Source of the DNA: a virus | Lineage: Duplodnaviria; Caudoviricetes | Length of the DNA stretch: 33,054 nt | Virus record (IMG/VR): IMGVR_UViG_3300016263_000255 | Location: 1-33,054 of that record | Direction: 5' to 3' (one strand) | Shown here: positions 25,500 to 32,678 of the stretch, piece after piece | Layout of the letters: each line of letters starts with the position of its first letter | Numbering within the stretch: position 1 is the stretch's first letter | Notes under the pieces: generated by a model | Seen by the model: the letters and a program-made list of their open reading frames with translations, nothing else | The model's database searches: none | What the model was told of the DNA's origin: nothing | Position numbers and translations under genes: made by a program

Positions 25500-26902
25500 A
25501 TTGTAGCTCTACCTCTTTGTGACCGCATTTGTGCTATATACGCTTGTAGCTTAATCACACCTTTGTTGAATACTTCCGCTGGCTGTTCCCACTTACTATC
25601 AATCAGCCTCTCTTTGCAAAGGTAGCGTAGTGCGTCAGGCAGATGGTCGTTTCCTTCTGTGTCAACGTCCTCTGGTCGCCGCTTATCAATCGCTAGACTT
25701 GGCAGAGCTTCTAATAGTCCTGGACAGTTGGTGGTAATATACAACAGTGCTGGCTTTGCAACCAACCGTTGTCTTATCTGCGACCACCCTGATAAACGGT
25801 CATTATCGGCTTGCCTGAAGTTCGGATGCTTGTATTTGGCAAACACTGTGTGGAATTGGTCGGCGATGCTTGGTCCACCTTGGTTGTTAAATATGGATGG
25901 ATCGGCAGCAGCGTGGACGTTTTCCCCGATGGATACTGAAGCAATACGCTCCGCCTGTTGGATGTTGTCGATACCCTTTCCGTGCATTTCACGGTATATG
26001 ACGATTGCTCCTTTCGGGTATGGAACCTCATTGCCTCTATCATCCCTTCCAGAACTAACAGCACCCCAGACAGCGGCAAAAGGACTACGAAAACCCCAAT
26101 CATAACCAAGGTAGCGAGCCCAGTGCTTAGGAATGTTAAAAGGCTGGATAATGTGTCGTGAACTAAACTCTGGAAAGTATGAACCTTCATGAATCTCAAA
26201 GTCTCCTTCTAGCCATGCTCGCACCAGTTCTGGACTACCAACCATGTGCAAACGGTTAATATACTCAGGGTCTTGCGCTAATAGTATCTGGTTATCAGCT
26301 ATACGGCTGGGAATGTAGATGTAATCAAACGATGAGCCGTTAGGTAGCTCTTTGGTAAGTATCTTCTTACCGTTCGGTGCTGGCTTGATAAACAACTCTT
26401 TAAGCCAATGATGACCTACACCACCAGGGTTAAACGTCAATATAACCTGCCCACCGCCTCTACCTCGCAAAGCACCAAATAGCTTAAAGATTGGGCTAGG
26501 ATTGGCAAAGTTACCAGCCTCCTCAATCGCTGCATGGCTAAGGTTTTGCCCTTGGTACTTCTCAGCATCAGCGTCATCAGCTAATGGTCTAAACCGTAAC
26601 CGTGCGCCATTAGGAAACGTGAACTGCTTCTTCTGGTCCTGCCAATGCGCTCTAAGCGGTAGATAAATCTGCTTGGCTCGCTCTATCAAGTCATCTGCTT
26701 GTGGCAGTTCTTTACGGAAAAATATAGCGTTGAAGTTCTCACCAAGTTGCTCTTGATTGACGGCAAACTTACCCAACACCCCGTCCGTTTTACCGCCACC
26801 ACGAGCGCCACCGTAGCCTATAAGCGTTATTGGACAAGCAACCAGCATCTCCTGTGGTCCAGGTTGAGGACTCCAAACGATGCGTTCGGTTACTTCATCC
26901 AC
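25496..26902 (-). CDS. terL: Terminase large subunit
   Basis: PQPGPQ, Walker A GGARGGGKT, Walker B-like AAIEEA, coupling motif TFNPGG, nuclease GYDWG and NDHLPDALRY. Confidence 0.95.
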   Translation of the reverse strand: MDEVTERIVWSPQPGPQEMLVACPITLIGYGGARGGGKTDGVLGKFAVNQEQLGENFNAIFFRKELPQADDLIERAKQIYLPLRAHWQDQKKQFTFPNGARLRFRPLADDADAEKYQGQNLSHAAIEEAGNFANPSPIFKLFGALRGRGGGQVILTFNPGGVGHHWLKELFIKPAPNGKKILTKELPNGSSFDYIYIPSRIADNQILLAQDPEYINRLHMVGSPELVRAWLEGDFEIHEGSYFPEFSSRHIIQPFNIPKHWARYLGYDWGFRSPFAAVWGAVSSGRDDRGNEVPYPKGAIVIYREMHGKGIDNIQQAERIASVSIGENVHAAADPSIFNNQGGPSIADQFHTVFAKYKHPNFRQADNDRLSGWSQIRQRLVAKPALLYITTNCPGLLEALPSLAIDKRRPEDVDTEGNDHLPDALRYLCKERLIDSKWEQPAEVFNKGVIKLQAYIAQMRSQRGRATI

Positions 26903-27109
26903 CTATATATCCTTCAAGCTCTGGCAATAAACCCAGAAATCTTCCCACGTAGCCAAGCACTCATGCGGTGCTGACTTATCTTCACACTCACTACATTCAA
27001 TCTCACGACTCTTAGGCATATCCAAATCAAACTCCTCAACAGCACCACAATGAGGACACTTCCAGAAGTTATCCTCTTCATCGTCCTTCATGCGGTGTTC
27101 AATACCCAT
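26903..27109 (-). CDS. Small zinc-ribbon protein
   Basis: CPHC...CSEC. Confidence 0.6.
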   Translation of the reverse strand: MGIEHRMKDDEEDNFWKCPHCGAVEEFDLDMPKSREIECSECEDKSAPHECLATWEDFWVYCQSLKDI

Positions 27110-27489
27110 TACTTATCCTTCGGCGCTTCGGGTAGCGGCATCCAGTGTGACGCATAGCTTAAAGGTTTTTCCGACCAACCTTGCCCTTCATCAAATATCC
27201 ACGACTCGTTGCCATAAGTAGCAGGTACTACTCCACGCCATTCAGTATTGACGATGCACAGCTCATTCTCTTCCGGCAGCCGATCATGAACGCTGATCCA
27301 ACCGTTTGAATTATTCGAAGAGTTCATCACCTTGCCGGTGTCAGCAAGCTGATCCTTTGCGGCTTGGTAGCCAGCTTGATACGCTTCTTTTATTGCAACT
27401 GCTGGTTCTTCCCTTAGCAATCGAACATACCAATCGACTGCCATCTGGCTTGCTTTGCAACCCTTATCCTGCTCAGGTGTCTTATTCAT
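27109..27489 (-). CDS. DUF551-family protein
   Basis: GWISVHDRLPE...SHWMPLPEAP. Confidence 0.8.
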   Translation of the reverse strand: MNKTPEQDKGCKASQMAVDWYVRLLREEPAVAIKEAYQAGYQAAKDQLADTGKVMNSSNNSNGWISVHDRLPEENELCIVNTEWRGVVPATYGNESWIFDEGQGWSEKPLSYASHWMPLPEAPKDK

Positions 27490-27492
27490 TAC

Positions 27493-27681
27493 TCATCCCC
27501 AAATACGATTGTACTCATCCTTCGTAATCGTATTACCAAACCGTATAAACCTCACGCCACAACGCCTATACCCACAACTCAACCAATCATTGTAACTCGC
27601 ATACGCACTTACATGGTCGCACTTGGGACAACGATAATAGTATAGAACAGCTACTCTAATAGGAGATTTACGCTTAGCCAC
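27493..27681 (-). CDS. Small zinc-ribbon protein
   Basis: CPKC...CGYRRC. Confidence 0.5.
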   Translation of the reverse strand: MAKRKSPIRVAVLYYYRCPKCDHVSAYASYNDWLSCGYRRCGVRFIRFGNTITKDEYNRIWG

Positions 27682-27821
27682 GGAGTCTCACAAAATGTTT
27701 ATAGTCAAGTTGCCCATGTGTCCAATGCCTACCACGGTTCGTATTCGGCTAATCAGCAAACACGTATCACAACTCGAAACCGTAAAAAGGTTGTCAGTAC
27801 GTGACCACGGGCTCTACTACT

Positions 27822-28328
27822 CTACAACTCTTCTTCAGATTCCGTATCAGAATTTAAATATCTTTTTTCAAATTCTTCTCGTGACAATGGCTTGGCTGAC
27901 ACAACAGCGTTTATAGTTCCAACGTGCTCAACCGTATTAGCCTCAGTCCAACCTAACTTACTCTTACCCAAATACATCAAGACCTGCGGGTTACCCGCCA
28001 TAGCCTGTTCCATCAACCCTCTAGCAACAACCTCCTGCATACCAGCCTGTCCAGCCGCATACTCCTCGCCATACCACTTAGTCAGTTCCTGCGGACTCAA
28101 CCTACTAGCTATAGCTACAGCACTCTTACTCAATCCCAACTTAGCAAGCCTAGTAACCATCGCACTCGTCTCAGCATCCTTCTCATACCGCTGATTGCTG
28201 TAGTCCTTCCTACGAGGTGGTTGAACTACTACAGGCTTAGGCAAAACTTCGCCAATTTTTACAGTTTCAGATTCGCTAGAATCGACGGCTGGTTTCAAAT
28301 CGCTTTCAGAATCAGTTTTGTTGCTCAT
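27822..28328 (-). CDS. terS: Terminase small subunit (putative)
   Basis: HTH-like LAKLGLSKSAVAIASRLSPQELTKWY followed by AMAGNPQVLMYLGKSKLGW; first gene of the late operon, upstream of terL. Confidence 0.72.
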   Translation of the reverse strand: MSNKTDSESDLKPAVDSSESETVKIGEVLPKPVVVQPPRRKDYSNQRYEKDAETSAMVTRLAKLGLSKSAVAIASRLSPQELTKWYGEEYAAGQAGMQEVVARGLMEQAMAGNPQVLMYLGKSKLGWTEANTVEHVGTINAVVSAKPLSREEFEKRYLNSDTESEEEL

Positions 28329-28606
28329 GGGTAGAACGATGGTTGGGTTAAAGAAACGGGATTTTTTAGTGGGAGATAGGATACGGCGCTTGCTCCAGCG
28401 CCACATGTTTTCAAATCAAAATCCAAATCTGGAATCCTATCCACGAGCGCAGACGGTCTGAGCGAAGATAGAAACCAAAACAGGAAAACGAAAAGAGAAC
28501 TTTCTTTCGGCGCTCGGAGGGAGGGTCGATGCTTACTAGTTTTTTGGTTCTCGTAAACTAGGATATGTCTAATCATATCAGGTACATACCTATGTATCTA
28601 TAATGA

Positions 28607-28619
28607 TATCAACTACTTA
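28607..28619 (+). promoter_or_regulatory. IHF-consensus site
   Basis: TATCAACTACTTA matches WATCAANNNNTTR exactly; lies upstream of terS. Confidence 0.4.
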
Positions 28620-28876
28620 GCTATCTCTCTTAATAGCTCACACCATTCAACGTCGTCCATTCCTGCAACTTCTTTCAGCGTAAGTAGTTCGCTTATCGTG
28701 TAAAGCTTCTTTGATTGCTCACGGCTAACTATTGAATCCCTTGAACAGCCTATTAAAGCTCCCATAGCGACCTGTGTTAAGCCTAGCTTTGCACGTATCA
28801 GTCTATATAGCTGACCGCATTCTTTTCGCTCCTGGCGCAATCTGCGAGCTGTGAGAGGTATCTTAGCCCTAGTCAT
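28613..28876 (-). CDS. XRE-family HTH transcriptional regulator
   Basis: IRAKLGLTQVAMGALIGCSRDSIVSREQ; divergent from the early array. Confidence 0.75.
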   Translation of the reverse strand: MTRAKIPLTARRLRQERKECGQLYRLIRAKLGLTQVAMGALIGCSRDSIVSREQSKKLYTISELLTLKEVAGMDDVEWCELLREIAK

Positions 28877-29099
28877 GGTGTAAGATTGAGTGTCCACTAT
28901 TCCACAGTAGTGCAACTAAGTATCAATAGCCAGTTAATCCTTACATGCAACTGAGTAGCGTTTACCTCACTACTATTTTGTTACTAAGACGAAACAGACC
29001 CTCAATTTATTCAAAAGTTTCTTCACTTTCTTTCAACTATCTTCTAAGTAGCTGTAATCGTTGCAGGATAAGCCTAATAAAAAAAGTGCATCTTTCTAG

Positions 29100-29128
29100 T
29101 TGCACTATGTCATCATATATGTAAACAT
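29100..29128 (+). promoter_or_regulatory. Candidate early sigma70-type promoter
   Basis: A-tract UP-like element, TTGCAC, 16-17 bp spacer, then TG-TAAACAT; upstream of the early array. Confidence 0.45.
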
Positions 29129-29197
29129 AAATCACGGTTAAGCGATTGAGCTTACCAACTGGGAGACTGACTAAAGTAAAGTTTACGAAGGAAACTT

Positions 29198-29434
29198 ATG
29201 ATAACCAAAGTGATTCCTAACTGTTCAACGACTGTAACCAAGCTCAACGATTGCACGAGAGTTGTGGATGTCTTTGTGCCGTATTGCGACCATGAGGATG
29301 ACGCTATTGACGTTGCAACGAGCTACTACCCGATAGACTGGAATGAGAGCACTGGTGCTTACACTCGAATCGATGGTGTGAATCAGCATTCTACTGGGTA
29401 CGTAGTTACAATACGCTTCGGATACGACTACTAA
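29198..29434 (+). CDS. Early hypothetical protein (acidic)
   Basis: AAGGA RBS; first gene of the array. Confidence 0.6.
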   Translation: MITKVIPNCSTTVTKLNDCTRVVDVFVPYCDHEDDAIDVATSYYPIDWNESTGAYTRIDGVNQHSTGYVVTIRFGYDY

Positions 29435-29451
29435 GCAAGGAGACTAAGACT

Positions 29452-29658
29452 ATGATTAATCGAATCACAGAAGCAGAACTTGAGCGTTGGCGGTCTGAAT
29501 ACGCCACATTGACAAAGCAAACTGTCAACACTCGGCAGTTGCGGAAGAACATGCGGTTACTGAGTAAGGACGAGCTGCTGCAGCTATCACAAGCAAACAT
29601 CAACCTTATCTCGCAGCTTGCAAAGCAAGTGCTATCTAAGATGATCGAAGGAGACTAA
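29452..29658 (+). CDS. Early hypothetical protein
   Basis: Starts at the repeat ATG; its stop lies inside the next repeat. Confidence 0.7.
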   Translation: MINRITEAELERWRSEYATLTKQTVNTRQLRKNMRLLSKDELLQLSQANINLISQLAKQVLSKMIEGD

Positions 29659-29662
29659 GACT

Positions 29663-29869
29663 ATGACACCAGAACAGACAACAATGAGCTTAGATCGAGC
29701 AATATCGCTGCTAATAATGCATCGTAACAATTATTCAAAATATCCAATCGAGCAAGTTTCGGAGGCTAGGCGTATCGTGCTTGAGTCTGGACACGTAGCG
29801 CGCTGGTCTTAGGATGAAGGAGGTCACTGGGATTTGGAAGTTAGAAAACATTTAGAAGTCAAAGAATAA
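29663..29869 (+). pseudogene. Early gene with an internal amber codon (49 aa to TAG, 68 codons to TAA)
   Basis: Starts at the repeat ATG 29663; TAG at 29810-29812; the frame stays open to TAA 29867-29869, which begins the next repeat. Confidence 0.55.
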
Positions 29870-29882
29870 GGAGACTAGGACC

Positions 29883-30167
29883 ATGACAACCAATGAATAT
29901 AAGAAGCTGTTTATTCGACCAATCAAGCTGTTTAACTCAAAACGTGTTTTTGGTGTTGAGGTTATTGAGTCAACGCTGTCTGACGAGGTTAGAGGAGGTG
30001 TGACTTACACTTATGACAGTGGCAAAGATTACATGGTCAAGCAGATAAGGTTTGGTGATGCAATGCTAGGGAAGGCAGCAAACAAGAACAGCAAAGAGGT
30101 CAAAGAAGCGGTTAAGAAGCTGAAGGAGCAATACCCAGAAGCTGAAGTAGTCAAAGGGTTGGTGTAA
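29883..30167 (+). CDS. Early hypothetical protein
   Basis: Starts at the repeat ATG; its stop TAA is the start of the next repeat. Confidence 0.75.
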   Translation: MTTNEYKKLFIRPIKLFNSKRVFGVEVIESTLSDEVRGGVTYTYDSGKDYMVKQIRFGDAMLGKAANKNSKEVKEAVKKLKEQYPEAEVVKGLV

Positions 30168-30179
30168 GGAGACTAAGAC

Positions 30180-30452
30180 ATGACAAACGACACAATACAA
30201 TTAGCAGTTGATGGTTCACACGGCATTTACGCTGCAAAGCGTTTCTTTGAGCTGTACCCTCAATTCATAGACCGACTCGATGCTGACGAGGAGCTGATAA
30301 TGCAAAACCCAAAACATGAGCATCATTTAGACACTTGGGAACGATTCGTAAGAGACTTTGAGGTTATGGTTGACGGTACACGTTGGTATGTTTGGGAAGA
30401 CGGAGACATCTTTTTTGTATCTGAGCATCACGACTTTGAGGGTAAAGAGTAA
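30180..30452 (+). CDS. Early acidic hypothetical protein
   Basis: Starts at the repeat ATG; DGSHGIY...W..DG..WYVWEDGDIF. Confidence 0.75.
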   Translation: MTNDTIQLAVDGSHGIYAAKRFFELYPQFIDRLDADEELIMQNPKHEHHLDTWERFVRDFEVMVDGTRWYVWEDGDIFFVSEHHDFEGKE

Positions 30453-30472
30453 CGCATAAGGAGACTAGGACC

Positions 30473-30787
30473 ATGAAAAATGACAATAGAAATGCAATAA
30501 GAGTAGTTCTTAAACCATCGATATATCCGATGGTGCTCGTAACGTCACATGGAACATGCATTTGTTCTGATTGTGCCCAGCATAGTGTGCATGAGCTGAT
30601 TAGTGACCTAAGAAGCGGTTACACTAAAGAGTACAAGGTTTTGTGTCTGGCAGAAACAGATGCTTCGATTTACTGCGAGTGTTGTGAGCAGCGGTTGAAT
30701 ATTTACGAGGATTTAGCAATGGACCCAGATGAGGCAGAAGCAGAAGAAGCAACACTGAGCCTTTATGATACTGACTCGGATTTATAA
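30473..30787 (+). CDS. Early zinc-finger protein with an acidic tail
   Basis: YP...CICSDC...CECC; starts at the repeat ATG. Confidence 0.75.
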   Translation: MKNDNRNAIRVVLKPSIYPMVLVTSHGTCICSDCAQHSVHELISDLRSGYTKEYKVLCLAETDASIYCECCEQRLNIYEDLAMDPDEAEAEEATLSLYDTDSDL

Positions 30788-30800
30788 GGAGACTAGGACC

Positions 30801-31202
30801 ATGAAATATATAGAAACAAATGAAGAACGGATCCAAAAGATACTCAACAAAAAGAATCAAAACACTATGATTCGTAGGTACTATGATGTGCTGAGGATTA
30901 AATCGATGCCTCACGGATCTATAGCAATTATGAACCAGCAAGCCCTTCTAAATGATGCTACGGATATCGAGAAGGGTTTGCGTATGATGATTGAAGGCAT
31001 AGAGCACTATTGTGCTGGAGTTAGTGCTGTTGGAGAAGGTTATCCTATTGGCAATGACTACATATTAGGTGAATCGGTTGGAGACATTATCAATGGCTTG
31101 ATACGTCTGTTAAACGGTCCAGGGACTTTTGATGGTGGAACGTGTGATGCTGCATTGCGCGCCATTGCCAAGAAATACGAAATAAAAAGTGTTGACCAAT
31201 AA
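30801..31202 (+). CDS. Early hypothetical protein
   Basis: True start reassigned to the repeat ATG 30801 (133 aa). Confidence 0.75.
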   Translation: MKYIETNEERIQKILNKKNQNTMIRRYYDVLRIKSMPHGSIAIMNQQALLNDATDIEKGLRMMIEGIEHYCAGVSAVGEGYPIGNDYILGESVGDIINGLIRLLNGPGTFDGGTCDAALRAIAKKYEIKSVDQ

Positions 31203-31220
31203 CATAAGGAGACTAGGACC

Positions 31221-31313
31221 ATGACAATCATCGAACACCTTGGACAGCTTGCAGTGTGCCTAGTGCTATTCGGCACCTGGTATCTTATCCTCGTAGTTTT
31301 TTGGAGTTTTTAA
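31221..31313 (+). CDS. 30-aa single-TM peptide, absent from the ORF track
   Basis: MTIIEHLGQLAVCLVLFGTWYLILVVFWSF*; starts at the repeat ATG. Confidence 0.7.
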   Translation: MTIIEHLGQLAVCLVLFGTWYLILVVFWSF

Positions 31314-31314
31314 T

Positions 31315-31683
31315 ATGACAACAAGTATTCACCTCTTTTTGTGCACAATACTTGCAACGGCACCCACGTTTGCCAGTGCTCAATCTTACAGCGAATTAAT
31401 GCGTGAGGTGCTAGCAGAGAACCAGCCATACTACGCACCACAACAGCCCGTTCCTATTGTGCCAGTGATGCCAGTGGTTCCTGCATACCCTCGTAACCTG
31501 ATACCGCCAAACTCATACGGGACAGGTTATAGCGTTGTGACTACCCAGACGACTCAGCCCAACTACATACAGCAGTACCTTGGTATTCGTGGCGCTACGA
31601 GCAATCTGACAGTAACTAGCGTTGTACCCAATAACGCATGGGGAGCGCCATTGCGACCACCTATCCTGTTCCCATACCCGTGA
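31315..31683 (+). CDS. Secreted Pro-rich protein
   Basis: Signal peptide ending TFASA-Q; starts 1 nt after the upstream stop. Confidence 0.65.
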   Translation: MTTSIHLFLCTILATAPTFASAQSYSELMREVLAENQPYYAPQQPVPIVPVMPVVPAYPRNLIPPNSYGTGYSVVTTQTTQPNYIQQYLGIRGATSNLTVTSVVPNNAWGAPLRPPILFPYP

Positions 31684-31756
31684 CTTCCCTTTGAGTCGCT
31701 ATGCGTAGCGGCTCGTTAGGTAAGTGACGCTTACCCGCTAGGGTTGTGAGACTAGC
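31683..31756 (+). other. Structured intergenic element (overlapping hairpins)
   Basis: ACTTCCCT-TT-GAGTCGCTA-TGCG-TAGCGGCTC-GTT-AGGTAAGT; alternative GGTAAG..CTTACC; GCTAG..CTAGC. Confidence 0.55.
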
Positions 31757-31774
31757 TTAAACCTTTGGAGATAT

Positions 31775-32047
31775 ATGAGAACGATAGTTTTAGGCGTAAC
31801 GGTATGCCTTTGCTCGGGATGCGGCGTTTTGTTACCTGACGTGATGTTGGTTGGTACTGAGCAAGGAATAAGAGCATATAACGATGGTCAATCTGCCTTA
31901 ATTGCACAAGCTAAGACGCAGCACAGGAACCAAGAGACACCCTATTGGAGCACAAGGAAAGCGCAAGCAAGTTACTCTGTCTGGGAACGTCTTAGCCGTG
32001 GTTTGATAGCTACTAGCGCCAAGGAGGTACCGACACATGCTGAGTAA
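31775..32047 (+). CDS. Putative lipoprotein
   Basis: MRTIVLGVTVCLCSGC: basic N-terminus, hydrophobic core, lipobox-like (L)CSGC; GGAG RBS. Confidence 0.65.
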   Translation: MRTIVLGVTVCLCSGCGVLLPDVMLVGTEQGIRAYNDGQSALIAQAKTQHRNQETPYWSTRKAQASYSVWERLSRGLIATSAKEVPTHAE

Positions 32048-32261
32048 GGCTTTAACCTGGTTTTTGACGACCTCAACCATCCTTGGAGTACCCGTAACAA
32101 TAGCCGTAATTCTTGTAGGTATCGATAGGTCGATTCACACATTAACTTGCGAGACTGTACGGTATGGTTGCGACCGTTCGTTTACTCAATCGGTTGACTA
32201 TGTAGCCGAGCAAGTAACTGAGGATAGTGATGTGGTCCTAATACCTAAGAAACGCAAGTAG
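32037..32261 (+). CDS. Single-TM membrane protein
   Basis: Hydrophobic TILGVPVTIAVILVGI; AAGGAGG RBS. Confidence 0.7.
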   Translation: MLSKALTWFLTTSTILGVPVTIAVILVGIDRSIHTLTCETVRYGCDRSFTQSVDYVAEQVTEDSDVVLIPKKRK

Positions 32262-32266
32262 CACCG

Positions 32267-32340
32267 ACTAGGTATGAAAAATAATCTGACAACTATTTTC
32301 AAATCCATTGATTATTAGTTGTTATGTTTACATACCTAGT
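32267..32340. promoter_or_regulatory. 74-bp imperfect inverted repeat upstream of the recombination operon
   Basis: ACTAGGTATG/CATACCTAGT outer arms and TGACAACTA/TAGTTGTTA inner arms. Confidence 0.5.
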
Positions 32341-32390
32341 TTACAGTACATTATCCGTAGAAATTATTCTGCGAAATAAGGAGATAGACC

Positions 32391-32657
32391 ATGACTAAGA
32401 TAACCGAGAAAGCGATGGAGTTTTTCTATCGTGATGATGAAGCAAGCAAGATGCTAAATGAGTTGCTAGAAGCTGGTAAGCCATGCCGGGTAATCGCTGA
32501 AGCATTGCAAGAGTACATGAACCAACTTAATCGCTTTGAACTAATGGGCATTTACCATCAACTTCAAGTACACGTAATCGAAGCTACGGACTGGGATGAA
32601 GTAGCGAACCGAGCACTTTGCGATTGGTACGGTGCTCACTCAGACAATAACTGTTAA
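32391..32657 (+). CDS. Acidic hypothetical protein
   Basis: Degenerate repeat RBS; ATDWDEVAN motif. Confidence 0.7.
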   Translation: MTKITEKAMEFFYRDDEASKMLNELLEAGKPCRVIAEALQEYMNQLNRFELMGIYHQLQVHVIEATDWDEVANRALCDWYGAHSDNNC

Positions 32658-32678
32658 TAAATTAAGGAGAATAAGACT

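Noticed and set aside
3733-28194. Many 60-150 aa plus-strand and alternate-frame ORFs within the late operon
   Set aside because: They are antisense or out-of-frame shadows of well-supported genes, with no RBS or recognisable motifs.
28325-28576. 83-aa minus-strand ORF and the 26-aa N-terminal extension of terS
   Set aside because: These lie in a low-complexity, palindrome-rich region better explained as promoter/packaging DNA, and have no convincing RBS.
29437-31223. Repeats as a CRISPR array
   Set aside because: The intervening segments are whole genes of about 200-400 bp with variable length, the repeat is an RBS plus ATG, and no cas genes are present.
31775-32261. Lipoprotein plus TM protein as an Rz/Rz1 spanin pair
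   Set aside because: The order is reversed, the TM protein lacks a long periplasmic coiled coil, and the genes are in the early operon away from the lysis genes.
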